Part shown: positions 37,988 to 50,099 of the stretch, piece by piece
Layout of the letters: each line of letters starts with the position of its first letter
How positions within the stretch are numbered: the first letter of the stretch is position 1
Assembly: GCA_964016885.1 (NCBI GenBank)
Contig: OZ024741.1
Coordinates: forward strand, 55,862,001-55,926,000
Direction: 5' to 3'
DNA length: 64,000 bases
Source of the DNA: Eledone cirrhosa
Lineage: Eukaryota
The notes under the pieces: model-generated
Seen by the model: only the letters and a program-made list of their open reading frames with translations
Told to the model about the DNA's origin: nothing
The model's database searches: none
Translations under genes and position numbers: made by a program

Positions 37988-38135
37988 ATTATTTCTGAAG
38001 ACGGCATATATATGTGTTGGTATGTATATTTAATTTTGATAGTTTGTATAATTTTGTATAATTTTGTACATAGATCTGTTGAATATACATGCCAATTCTA
38101 ACACATATATATCCTAGAAACGATCGTTAAATAAT
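37988..38135 (+). ncRNA. Hammerhead ribozyme with long stem II
   Basis: ATTATTT-CTGAAGA-(~115-nt foldback)-GAAA-CGATCG-TT-AAATAAT. Confidence 0.7.
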
Positions 38136-38513
38136 GAACTTTTTTTGTTTAATATAAGGAACTGTTTCATTGTTTTATTCATTATTTTTTTAATATTTTA
38201 TCTTGACTCTGTATTCCGTTTATCTTTCACCGAAAGTGATTTTTCATTGCATCTCTTCTTTCCATGATATCCGGATTACATTGAGTTCTTCATACGGATT
38301 GGACACTACCGTAAACTCTTGGTAGATTTATCTACATATATATATATATATATATATTTGTTGTATGCAAAGTATCAACATTTCGAAGCACTGAGGAGTT
38401 ATGAAGTTCATAGAAAATGTAGGAAACTGGGACACAGAAATAACTTTAAACACTGTTGGTTGCTAAAAATAATAGCTTTGAAAATCAGGTAAAATACCCC
38501 TATGAGGGGGAAG

Positions 38514-38595
38514 TGGCCAGTGGTCACTGCGAGGAATCAAACTTTGCATCTTTCGAATATTGGCTGACTGCTCTAACCATTGAGCTAAATGGCCC
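38514..38595 (-). pseudogene. tRNA-derived (Ile-like) pseudogene or SINE head
   Basis: GGCCATTTAGCTCAATGGTTAGAGC..AAT..GTTTGATTCC..CTGGCCA; stems broken. Confidence 0.45.
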
Positions 38596-38900
38596 CTGAC
38601 AATCCCCATCTAAATTAGAAAGCTAAATTGTAGGGGCACCATCCTGACATACAGCGTATCTTGGGCATTTTAAACCTGGCAGAACCCATCCCTCTCCAGG
38701 TTTGAGCACAGCCAATTTCTTCCAGAGAAAGGAAGTGAGAAAGAGAGGAAGAACCAACCTCAGTATGAGACTAGTACTTTATTTATTGACTTTGAAAAGA
38801 TGAAAGGTAAAGTTGACCTCGGTGGGATTTGAACTGAGAGTGCAGTGAACCAAAACAAATGCCAAGGGGATTTTAATTTTATATATATTTATATATATAT

Positions 38901-40155
38901 ATCATCATCATCATCATCATCATCGTTTAACGTCCGTGTTCCATGCTTGCATGGGTTTGGACGGGAGTTTTCCCACTTGAGGCAAGAGTGGTTGTCTTGC
39001 TCGCATAGGACTGTCTGGCGGGTTTTCTACAGTTGGATGCCCTTCCTAACACCAACCACATTTACAGTGTGGGGCTGGGAGGTTTTTACCGTGTTGCCTA
39101 CACGGCCACATTACAGCGTGGACTGTCTGGCAGGTTTTCTACAGCTGGATGCCCTTCCTAACACCAACCACATTTACAGTGTGGGACTGGGACGTTTTTA
39201 CCGTGTTGCCTACACGGTCACATTACAGCGTGGACTGTGTGTTTTTTTTTCGTGACACCTACACGATCTCATTTGTTTCAGCCTGGATTTTGTGGCACCA
39301 ACATAACTTTACATTGAAAGGGGCGGTGTGGATGGGGTGGGGGTGGTGGGACGGGGGTGTATTTTGTTAGAGATGCCTACTGACTGTAGTAGGTTTTACT
39401 TTGTATTTAGGTAAGGCGGGTCTTCTCTGTTACTGAGTACCGCCAAAGGTCTCGGTCCAGTGACATTGTCTTGGAGAGGTGTAAGTGTGTGAGGTCGGAA
39501 TTTATCAGCTCGTCCCAGGTTTTTCTGGGTCTGCCTACTCCGTGGCTACCATCTATCTTTATTGCCCTGCACTTTGTTATACAGCTGTCGTCTTTCATGC
39601 GCATCACGTGACCATACCAACGTAGCCTTCTCTCGAGTAAACAACATCTGATCCCTCTTATTTCTAATTTTTTCCTTAGTTCGTTTATGCTTTGCCGTTC
39701 GCGTATATTACTATTACACATCCAGCGGAGCATGCAAGCTTCGTTCCTCTCTAGTCTGCGTATATCCTCTGCACACAATGCCCAGGTCTCACTGCCATGC
39801 AACATTGTTGTTCGTATGCAGGCATCATACAACCTGCCTTTCACTTTTAGGGAGAACCCTTTAGCGGCTAATAGTGGTATAAGCTCTCTGAACTTTTTCC
39901 ATCCAGTTCTGACTCTAGCTACTGTACTTTCGGAGCACCCTCCCCCACTGCTGATTTTGTCACCCAGGTAACGGAAGCTGTCCACTATTTCTATAGAACC
40001 CTCTGCGCAGTTGAAAGAGCTAGTATTTTGTGGGCACTTGCTGCTACTTATTGCACCAGAGCACCGGCCACATGTAAAATCTGTGTTCTTAGTTAGCTTA
40101 CCTGTGATCCCACTACATCTTTTATGCACCCATACTTTGCATTTGGGACATAAAA
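38901..40155 (-). mobile_element. 5'-truncated RTE LINE copy (young subfamily) with (GAT)n tail
   Basis: ORF 39407-40129: FRYLGD, MLHGSETW, RRLRWYGHV, GRPRKTW. Confidence 0.92.
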
Positions 40156-40310
40156 TATATAATACTTAATCTAGAAATGGCTTCTACACCCTTTCCTAAT
40201 GATTTCCTTCGAATGAAACAGTTCTAGTCCTGTAGAAACCATTTCTATATTAAATATTGTATATACTCTACTATGTATTGAGTACCTTACTTACTGCGGC
40301 TACCCAAGAT

Positions 40311-40346
<36 letters not shown>

Positions 40347-40461
40347 TATATTATAATATATTATTTATGTTCATACATGTAACAAAGGCACTATCCATGG
40401 TATATATAACCATAATTACGATAAAAATTCTGGTTCAGAAAAAATAAATCAATTTCCTCAC

Positions 40462-40608
40462 CTGTCTCTGTGTTACTTCATAGTCCCACTCTGTACACAG
40501 GACCACATTGGCTGCTTCAACCCTTTCTTTGTTTGTTATTTGGCTTTTGATTCTTGCCTCAGCATCTTCTTTACTCAGCTTGTTTCTTTCCATAATCCGT
40601 TTCACAGC
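40462..40608 (-). CDS. COASY: CoA synthase exon
   Basis: CAG acceptor, GTGAG donor; 49 codons AVKRIMERNKLSKEDAEARIKSQITNKERVEAANVVLCTEWDYEVTQRQ. Confidence 0.94.
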
Positions 40609-40808
40609 CTGAATACAAACAACAGTGGCTTCACTAGGGTATTAAAGTGCTTATGCATTAGATTTTATAATAACGAACACTTATGCAATACAAGAACCAT
40701 TCTCTAAATGTTTGAAGCCTTTAAGCTAACAAGCAAAAACAAAGTAAGATGCCTGGTGACTACAAACACTGCAGGCTTCAAATAAGAGCATCTTTTTCTT
40801 ACATGTCA

Positions 40809-40858
<50 letters not shown>

Positions 40859-41666
40859 GGAGGATGACCGATGGGTGAAGAAGTGCCAGGAAGTCTCAGT
40901 GGAGGGAAGACGCAGTAGAGGTAGACCACAAAAACATGGGCGGAGGTGGTGAGAGCAGACTTCAGATCGCTGAAACTCGCGGAGGAGATGACGAAGGACC
41001 GTGATGGGTGGAGAGATGCTGTGCTGAATAGGACCCGTCCAACCCTTGCAAGCAGGGAAAAGCGGACATAAAATGATGATGATGATGATGTAGGTGATTC
41101 AGTGAATTACTGGTGGTGGTACCAAAACAAACACTCTATGCACAGGCAGAGTGTATATATTAGAGAAAACAAGGAAGTTCTGTTTACTGGATGACCTTCA
41201 GCCAAACCTCTGTGAAACATCCAAAACAGGTCAATACATAATAAATATCTTATACGTGTAAACGAAACTTCCTCATTTTCACTAATATGTATATAGATTT
41301 GTTTTGTTTAATTGCTGGAAAGGTAACTGAATTTTTGAAATATATGGAATTCATCAGTGTTTTTCTCCAAAAAAGGAAGACAACTTATGGATAGATATAA
41401 GAACTAGTTAAACTTTTGCTACCACAATGATATGAGCCAAGACAGTGTAAGAGAACCCTCACTGGCTGGCAGAATCCCAAGCACAATTTTCCACAGGGTC
41501 CCAGCAGAGAAAATGTAGAAAGTGTTACTCCAGAAGACAACAAGTGAGACACATTGAACACACATTGTCAAAACTAATGGAGGTCTATTCCAATAATCAT
41601 TTGCTTCTATATGAGATGTGAGTGTATGTAGGGGAATTTCTCAGATATATATTAGAGACCACAAAC

Positions 41667-41767
41667 CTCAGGTTTGGCAATAATTGCTACCCAAGTTTCA
41701 TGCACCATGTTGGTCCACTTGGCCTCCATCAGGACAGCAGCTTCAATAACAACAACATTTTTACCTT
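41667..41767 (-). CDS. COASY: CoA synthase exon
   Basis: CAG acceptor, GTTTGT donor; (E)[33 protein letters not shown], like COASY [26 protein letters not shown]. Confidence 0.93.
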
Positions 41768-42264
41768 CTGAAAGAAGAAGAAAAATGACAATGAAACCAT
41801 ACTGTATTAACTCTAAACAACCTGTATCACATTAGCAAGACATTCTTCAAAAGTACAGAGCAGCACGATGATACAGTGATAGTGCTGCTTTCCTTGAGTT
41901 CAAATCCCATCAAGGTTAACGTTGACTTTCAACCTTACAGGTTCGATAAAATAAAGTACCAGTAATGCTCTGAGTAATTGCTTACCTTGTGCCAAAAGTA
42001 GAAACAATTATTATTATTACTATTATATTAGGGTGTTGGATTGGCAGTATCGGTAGAGGGTCGGACGCCATGCTTTGACGCATAGAGTTACGGCCCTTGC
42101 CATTCTGAGTTCAAATCCCACCGAGGTTAACTTTGCCTTTCATCCATTATGGGGTCAATAAAATAAAGTACCAGTAATGCACTGGGATAATTGCTGGCCT
42201 TGTGCCAAACGTAGAAACAATTATTACTATTATTATCACCATCATCATCATTATTATTATCACT

Positions 42265-42730
42265 TGAAGCCTGGCAGATCTTCAACCGAATTTAAGCTTT
42301 GGAAGTGAGTCATAACCAATGACCAGAGGTTCCAAAGCTTCCTTCAAATTTAAGTCTCTAAGACTTTTCTCAAAATTCTTGCTATTCCTAACAAGGCTGT
42401 AGTTGTTGCTTTAATCTTTTTCCTTCCATTCAATTTAGTCAACATTACAAGTCTCACCTGTCTGAGGTATTCTTTTTTTTTACATCTTCATTTCTTTCTC
42501 TTTGATCTTATCCAACTCAAAGACTCCCAAATACTTGTATCCATCTTCTCCCACTTCTTTAATATTCTCGCCATTTGCAAGCTCATTTGTAAGCTCTTTG
42601 TTAGTTTTCCACATTTTTTATCTCAAACTTCATCCCAATATCCTGACTAATCAGGTTTACAGTAGATGTTAAGCTGTCAATTTTGTCCTCTTTTTTCACA
42701 AATAGCTTTAAATCATTTATCATATTTATT
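42265..42730 (-). mobile_element. R4/Dong-like non-LTR remnant
   Basis: Minus strand GEDGYKYLGVFELDKIKEKEMK and C-terminal TALLGIARILRKVL. Confidence 0.6.
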
Positions 42731-42996
42731 GTTTATGTTTTTCCTTTTCATTCAACTTTGTTTCCATTTCTTGCTGAGTGTCTTTCCGACACCCAGAGCA
42801 GAGAAATTTACAGCATGCAATATATATATAAGAGGTTGGTGCTAGGAAGGGCATCAAGCTGTAGAAACCTAGCCAAAATCGGTTCTGTATGAGCATGACA
42901 TGGTCACCTGACCTACCATTGCTCACAACAGGATAACTCATCTAACCTATGCCAGCATCAAAAATTGGACTTTAAATGGTGATGATGATGATGATG

Positions 42997-43027
<31 letters not shown>

Positions 43028-43409
43028 GATGGTTCAGTAGACCTTAATGTGAAGAAACCTCGCTTTGTTTTCAATATATATATATATATATATATATAGG
43101 TTTAAAGAGAGTCAACCAAAAAATCAATCAATTCAAAAATTTTTTTTTTTCTACAATTGTTTCAATTAATGCAGAAAAATATACAATTTTGTTTTGTTTT
43201 GTAACATCTTGTAATTTCAAATTTATAACATCCAGTATTTCAACATTCTACTTATTGGTAAATTTATACTTTCATAATTTGTTGATACAGCTTATTCCAG
43301 TATGAGAAACTTAAGAACACGATAGGAAACATAGAAACATGATAATCATTGATGATGTCACAGATATGTGTGATGAAAGAACTCTTGAGAAACTATATAT
43401 ATATATTTT

Positions 43410-43740
43410 TTTTTTTTTTACGTCCGCTTTTCCCTGCTTGCAAGGGTGGGATGGGAACTGATTCTGGCTTAATTTCTACAGCTGGATGCCCTTCCTAACA
43501 CCAACCTCATTTACAGTGAGTGCTGGGTGCTTTTTTGCTGTGGCACCTCCACGACCACTTTGCAGTGGAATGATAGGGACCCCAGTCCCTATCATCTCAT
43601 TTCTATAGCTGAGTAAACTGGAGCAATGTGAAATAAAGTGTCTTGCTCAAGGAAACAACACATCACCCGGTCTGAGAATTGAACTCACAACCTTTCGATT
43701 GCAAGGCCAATGCTCTAACCACTAAGCCATGTGCCTCCAT
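43410..43740 (-). mobile_element. SINE family A, full length
   Basis: Inverse of the copy at 62950-63290. Confidence 0.85.
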
Positions 43741-43742
43741 AT

Positions 43743-44905
43743 ATCATCATCATCATCATCATCACCGTTTTACGTCCGTTCTTCCACGCTAGCATGGGTT
43801 AGACGGGTTGTCCTGTTGTGGGCAGTGTCTGGTCGGCTGACCATGCCTTGCTCATACAGGAACTGATCTGGCTTGATTTCTACAGCTGGATGCCCTTCCT
43901 AACACCAACCTCATTTACAGTGAGTGCTGGGTGCTTTTTCGTGGCGCCTACACGTCCACTTTACAGTGTGGGCTGGGTGCTTTTTTGCCGTGGCACCTCC
44001 ACGACCACCTTGCGGTGGGGGGGGGGGGGGGCATATTGTTTATATGCTTCAGCATGTACCCATGGGAGGTCGGGTACCCTGTATTACTGCGTGACGCCAG
44101 AAGTCACGGTCGTGTGTCATTGACTTTGAGAGGTGTAGTTGGGTAAGGTCGGCTTTTATCACCTCATCCCAAGTCATCTTGGGTCTCCCCACTCCGCGGT
44201 TTCCATCAACTTCTAGTGCTCTGCACCTTTTTATGCAGCTGTCATCCTTCATACGCATCACATGTCCATACCAGCGTAACCGCCTCTCCTGCACGCAGCA
44301 TTTGATTCCTCTTATGCTCAGTCTCTCTCTCAATTCATTTATGCTTTGTCGTTCACGTATATTACTGTTACACATCCATCGGAGCATGCAGGCTTCGTTT
44401 CTCTCTAATCTACGTAAGTCTTCCACCTTCAGCGCCCAGGTCTCACTACCATGCAACATCGCTGTTCGGATACACGCATCATACAGTCTGCCTTTCATTC
44501 TGAGGGAGAAGCCTTTTGCAGCTAGCAGTGGTAGTAGTTCCCTAAACTTCTTCCATCCTGTTCTTACCCTAGTTATTGTACTTTCTGAGCACCCACCTCC
44601 GTTGCTAATTCGGTCACCTAGGTAGCAGAAGCTGTCTACTGTTTCTACAGGGCCCTCCCAGAGATTGGTGGTACTTGTTTCCTGTGGCTGTTTGCTTGCT
44701 GTTTCAGCACAGCTGCTGCATGTGAATCCTACATTCTTAATTAAGCTTCCTGAGATCCCGCTACATCTCTTGTGTACCCATTGTTTGCATTTGGGGCAAA
44801 GAATGGAGTTCCTACCTACACCTTTCCTACATACTGAGCAAGGCCATTTCCCTGAGGGGATCTGGGTTCTGTTTTCTCGTCTACTTATAAGGACCTTAGT
44901 CTTAT
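43743..44905 (-). mobile_element. 5'-truncated RTE LINE copy (older subfamily)
   Basis: WPCSVCRKGVGRNSILC..HKRCSG, MLHGSETW, LRWYGHV; (GAT)n tail. Confidence 0.9.
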
Positions 44906-45589
44906 ATATATTTATATTTTTAACTGTTGGTTAATCAATGATAAACATTGATTGACAGCTAAATTATTTATAGAAATATACAGATATACTGAAGCGAAAA
45001 GCAAACCAAACAGTGAGTGTGTTTTACTATATATTTTTTCTGACAATATTAGAACAACATAACTCTCCCTAAATAAAAAAAATATCAATTAATATCCATC
45101 TACTGGTTATTCTGTCAATATAAACTAACACTTTAAGTAAGTAAGTTTTGAAACAGCGAGTGAGCCTGAAATTAAAAATAGAAACTTTCGCCGTATTTTT
45201 GACTAAAGAAATTTTAGCCTGATAGTGGAGTTTAGAACCCTCAAAGAAATGGAAAAAGATATACATGTACGTCAATACTCATCTTTTTCTAAAAATAAGG
45301 CGAAAGTTTCTATTTCTAACACTTCAATTTTAATCAATTGTTTTTCCAGATGAGATTATGTAGATAAATTGATAGATAATCATTATGTATATTACATCAA
45401 TAATGCAATTATTTTACTGTTAACTGTATATTTCTCTGCATTAATCAAAAGAATAGGCCACTTGCAACCCACAAACTACTTTTCTATGACCTGCAACAGA
45501 ACAATTTTTGTGACTAATATTTGCCTAAAACTTGATAATTTGACCCTCACTCCTTCCATACTGTTGCAATTTACCCAAGAAATACAATA

Positions 45590-46320
45590 AATGACTGGAA
45601 TGAAAATCAATGATGTGAAAACTGAGACACACGTCCTCTCGAGGAAACTTGCACAGTGCACTTGAATTGTGAATGGAGTTCCACTGAAGTAGGTAGAGAA
45701 ATTCAAGTATCTCAGTGATGGAAGGCATGAGGGTGAATTAAGTGCAACAATTGCAGGAGCAGATGCAGTAATGCACCAGCTTCAGCATTCAGCAATCAGA
45801 AGAAGGGATGTAGGTGGAAAAGCCAAGCTCACTATCTTCAATTCAGTATTCATGCCAACCCTTACCAATGGTCATGAATCTTGGGTAATGACTGAAATAA
45901 TATGATCGCGAATACATACAATTGGTCAAAGGGGGTTCCTCCGAAGGGTCTTCGGAGTAATGTTACTCAATAGAGTGCATAGCTTGGAGATCAGAGAGTC
46001 ACTCCATGTAGAGCTGCTACTTCTCTAAAATTGAAACTTGAAAGATCACAGCTCTGACACTATGGGCATATGGTTAGAATGTCTCAGGAAAGAATCGCTG
46101 GACAGATTTTATGGGCAAAACCAACTGGCAGGAGACCCAAGGGCAGACACCGAGCAAGATGGTTTTGATAACATCCATGAGTTTGGCTGGTCTTGATTGG
46201 TGATCCAGCTGGATCAGTTGGAAATTATTGCTTCTGACAGGACCTGCCGAAGGGAATGTTTGAGGACTCTGCCCCTAAGAACCCTCTCGGGAATATGTGG
46301 GTGAAGGAGGAGGAGGAGTA
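45590..46320 (+). mobile_element. Decayed RTE LINE 3' fragment
   Basis: GMKIN..KTET, VEKFKYL, FMPTLTNGHESWV, PTGRRPKGR. Confidence 0.75.
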
Positions 46321-47156
46321 GTCAAGGAGCAGCAACAGCAGCAGCAACAACAACAACAGCAACAACAACAATAACAAATAATAATAATAATACAATGAAA
46401 TGGAAAATATGTAATTTAACAAAAGTGAAAACAGAAAGAAGGGAATTTACCAAAAGTAAAAATGGAATTAAGGAAAATTTGTCCCCCTGCATTATGTAAT
46501 AATTCACATATGCCACATACTATCCTATGTGTATTTATTTTGATGAAAAAATAAATATATAGCAAGCTATCAGCTGTATTACAGATTAGCATTATAAAAT
46601 ATAGAAATCACAGACACCCCATCTCACTATTGGCCTTTTGTGTGGCTACCCCAGGAAATAATAGCCCATTTGAGTTCATGAGTTTGAGACCCATGATCTA
46701 CATAGTCCTTCCAACTGCTAAAAATAATAGCCAAATCTTCCTCAAATTACACTTTACTATCATAAAAAAGGACACATTAGACAATGTATCCCTAAATATA
46801 TTATGACTGGGTGGAAGTTAGGATCATCACTAACTGGGATTTCTTTGATCACATGTTTACTAGAACAGAAGAATAAACAAAAACAACCACAAGGGCTAAA
46901 ACAACAAATGAAGAAGAAAAATACAAAAGCCACAATACGGGGATGGGCTAAAAAGTTCATAGGCTGACTGTGGACATGAATTGTTTCATTCAAGGGACTA
47001 TGTTGAAAAATAAACCTCATTTGGTCATTCCATGAGAGTATCTTGGTCAGCCTATGAACTTTTCAGCCAACCCTCGTAAACACACAAAAAAAATACCCGA
47101 TATAAAATTTTAAAAAGAAACAGTGAGAAATAGTAAACAGAAAATGTGTCACTAAC

Positions 47157-47238
47157 CTTTTGCAAATTTCGCAATTTCTTGTTTAACAACAGTCGCTATT
47201 GCAGGCCAAACCATATTATTGAGTTCATTCAGTTTGTT
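47157..47238 (-). CDS. COASY: CoA synthase exon
   Basis: CAG acceptor, GTTAGT donor; NKLNELNNMVWPAIATVVKQEIAKFAK plus one G; phases fit both neighbouring exons. Confidence 0.92.
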
Positions 47239-47278
47239 CTGTCAAATGGAAATAATTAGCAAAAAAAATGATCCTATA

Positions 47279-47327
<49 letters not shown>

Positions 47328-47383
47328 TATTAAGAATATTAAGAAATGGAAAATATCTTTATAAAACCATATTTATTTTATTA

Positions 47384-48280
47384 CTAGCATTAAAGCCCGG
47401 CGTTGCTCGGGGTCATTTAGTTACCAAAGTTAGGTTGCACCACCCATTTTATGGCAGCACTTTTTTGTCTGCCAGGCACTGGGTGAATGAATTGCAGACC
47501 TGGAAGCATGAGCTGCGCCAGCAGTGACAATTGTAGTTTCGCCTATGGACATTATCTCTGTGCAAAAAAGTGTTGAAATTTATTGTTTCACAGTACTTGC
47601 GCAACACACGCGTAGACGATGCCAGCCGAACAACAGAGCTGCGATGGAGTTGTTCTGCATGGTTGTCTGTGTGTTTTCTAAATTTAAGACAGTAGGGAGG
47701 GTTGTGATATGAGGGAGAGTTAGCTGTTGTTTCTAGCAGGTTTAGTGACCTCATAGAGGATATGTGTTTTCTAAATTTAAGACAGTAGGGAGTGGTGTGA
47801 TATGGGGGAGAGTTAGCTGCTGTTTCTAGCAGGTTTAGTGACCTCATAGAAGATATGTTTTCTAAATTTAAGACAGTGGGGAGGGGTGTGATATGGGGGA
47901 GGGTTAGCTGCTGTTTCTAGCAGGTTTAGTAACCTCATAGAGGATATGTGTTTTCTAAATTTAAGACAGTAGGGAGTGGTATGAACGGACAGTATCACCA
48001 TCAAGCTTGGAAAGAGAAAGTAGCAGAAAGTATGAAGTTGTATAGATTTTGAATGGTAGTAGAAACAGTTCAGCAGTTTAAATGAGAGAGAAAAATCGTA
48101 AAATACTGAGTTTTATCTATTTTTTGCGTAATTGTGGGTGAAATTGAAAAATTTATCTGCGTCAAGACGCAATCGAAGCTATTTCGAATACTGAATTGTA
48201 AATTTCAATTGAAGAAATTCTATATCGTAGATTTCTATAACGAAGGAGCATGACCACACACTGAGCTTTATAGATTATGA
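47384..48280 (-). mobile_element. Non-autonomous Helitron carrying an internal ~95-bp x3-4 repeat
   Basis: Minus strand A|TCATAATCTATAAAGC...CCCGAGCAACGCCGGG-CTTTAATG-CTAG|T; canonical A|T insertion, and the flanks rejoin into the 17968-type hammerhead. Confidence 0.85.
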
Positions 48281-49346
48281 TACGTATTTCAAGGGTACTA
48301 ATATTTAAATATGCTTTCGTCAGATAAAATATAATATTTGGTGTTAAGATAGTGACATATCTTCATGTGAACTTAATGGTATAAGTTCAGTGAGGATAGT
48401 GAATTGAAAAATTCAAAACTCAAGGGATATATGCTAATGAGGATAACGTTAAAACTGAAAAAACCCGTTAAATTTAGACACTTGATAAATTTGAAAAACC
48501 CTTATTTATATTGTTTATGGGTTTGCTATTATAAGTTCAAAAATTATTGTAGAGTTGTTTTAGAGTTAGTTATAGATATATACACCCAAATATATATACA
48601 TGAGTTTAGAAGGAATCACATAATTTTACTTATTTATTTTTTAATTTCCTAATATACATTTTAAGAATATGGATATATTTATAATATTTAGATGAGAATT
48701 ATAATGTATTGTATTAAATTATAAACTATTAATTCGTTAAAACAATTACAACAATATATTTATGTGGTTATGTGAATGAATATACATTGTATTTACATAT
48801 ATATATACAAGTGTATTTTTCAACCTATAATAGCAAACCCATAAACAATATAAATAAGGATAGATTGATAGATATATAAATACACATATATATGCCCCCG
48901 CTTCCATACATCTCCTATGTCCTAACACTCCACCCTTCACCCACATCATACCACTCCACCCTTCACCCACGTCGTAACACCCCACCCTTCACCAGCTAAA
49001 TGCCCCACCCTAAACCTATCTCTCCATTCCCCCACCCTACATACAAGTACCCCCTACATAAGCCCCCAGTCCACACTGTAAAGTGGTCATGTTGGTGATA
49101 CAGCAAAAAGTGCCCAGTCCATACTGTAAAGTGGTTGTGTAGGTGTCATGACAAAAAGCACCCAGTACATACAGTAAATGTTGTTGGAAGGGCATCCAGC
49201 CATAGAAACCAAGCCAAAATCAGTTCTGTATGAGAAAGACATGGTCATTTGACCTGGCTTGTCTAACAATGGGACAACTTCTCTTACCCATACCAGCATG
49301 GAAAATGGACATTAAATGGTGATGATAATGATTATATACATATATA

Positions 49347-49980
49347 TCTTTTCAATGTTATTCGATAATTCTGTCAGACCTTCAAAACAATCTTCTTGTA
49401 TTTTAAACTCCCATAATTCTGTCAGACCCTCGAAAACAATCTTCTACTTGTATTTAAACTTTGATTACTGTTATACACTCGTTTAATTATGGCTGAATTT
49501 CTAGGATTATATTATAAAATAACCTTCTAGTCGTTTCGCGAAACTGCTTCTTACTCCCTTCTCTGTCCCCTTCATATATTGTATATATGCCTGCAGGTTC
49601 TCTCACCCCCTCCCTCTCTCCGCAAATATAAAATAAACCTGTTGTGAGTTACGAATCTCAGAGTTTGTCGATCCCTTATCTTGGCTGAACGCTTGTTTTT
49701 GAGAAATGTAATGTATTTCACCCTATTTTCTTGTCTCGCCATGTTTTCCTAGTCCATTCACCTATCGGTATTATATCGTCCGTTTAACTTAGAATCCAAT
49801 CTTTTCAATGTTATTCGATAATTCTGTCAGACCTTCAAAACAATCTTCTTGTATTTTAAACTCCCATAATTCTGTCAGACTCTCGAAAACAATCTTCTAC
49901 TTATATTTAAACTCTGATTACTGTTATATGCTCGTTTAATTATGGCCGAATTTCTAGGATTATATTATAAAATAACTTTC
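49347..49980. repeat. ~180-bp direct repeat pair (Penelope pLTR-like)
   Basis: ATCTTTTCAATGTTATTCGATAATTCTG.. at ~49346 and ~49798. Confidence 0.75.
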
Positions 49981-50099
49981 TCGCTAACTCCTCCAGATCC
50001 CTCTCCCCTGCCCCCACTCGCCACCATTATTATTTGATCAAATCATAATTCAGCGGCTTATAATATGTTTCTCTTACCAATCTCTTTCACAAAACCCCT

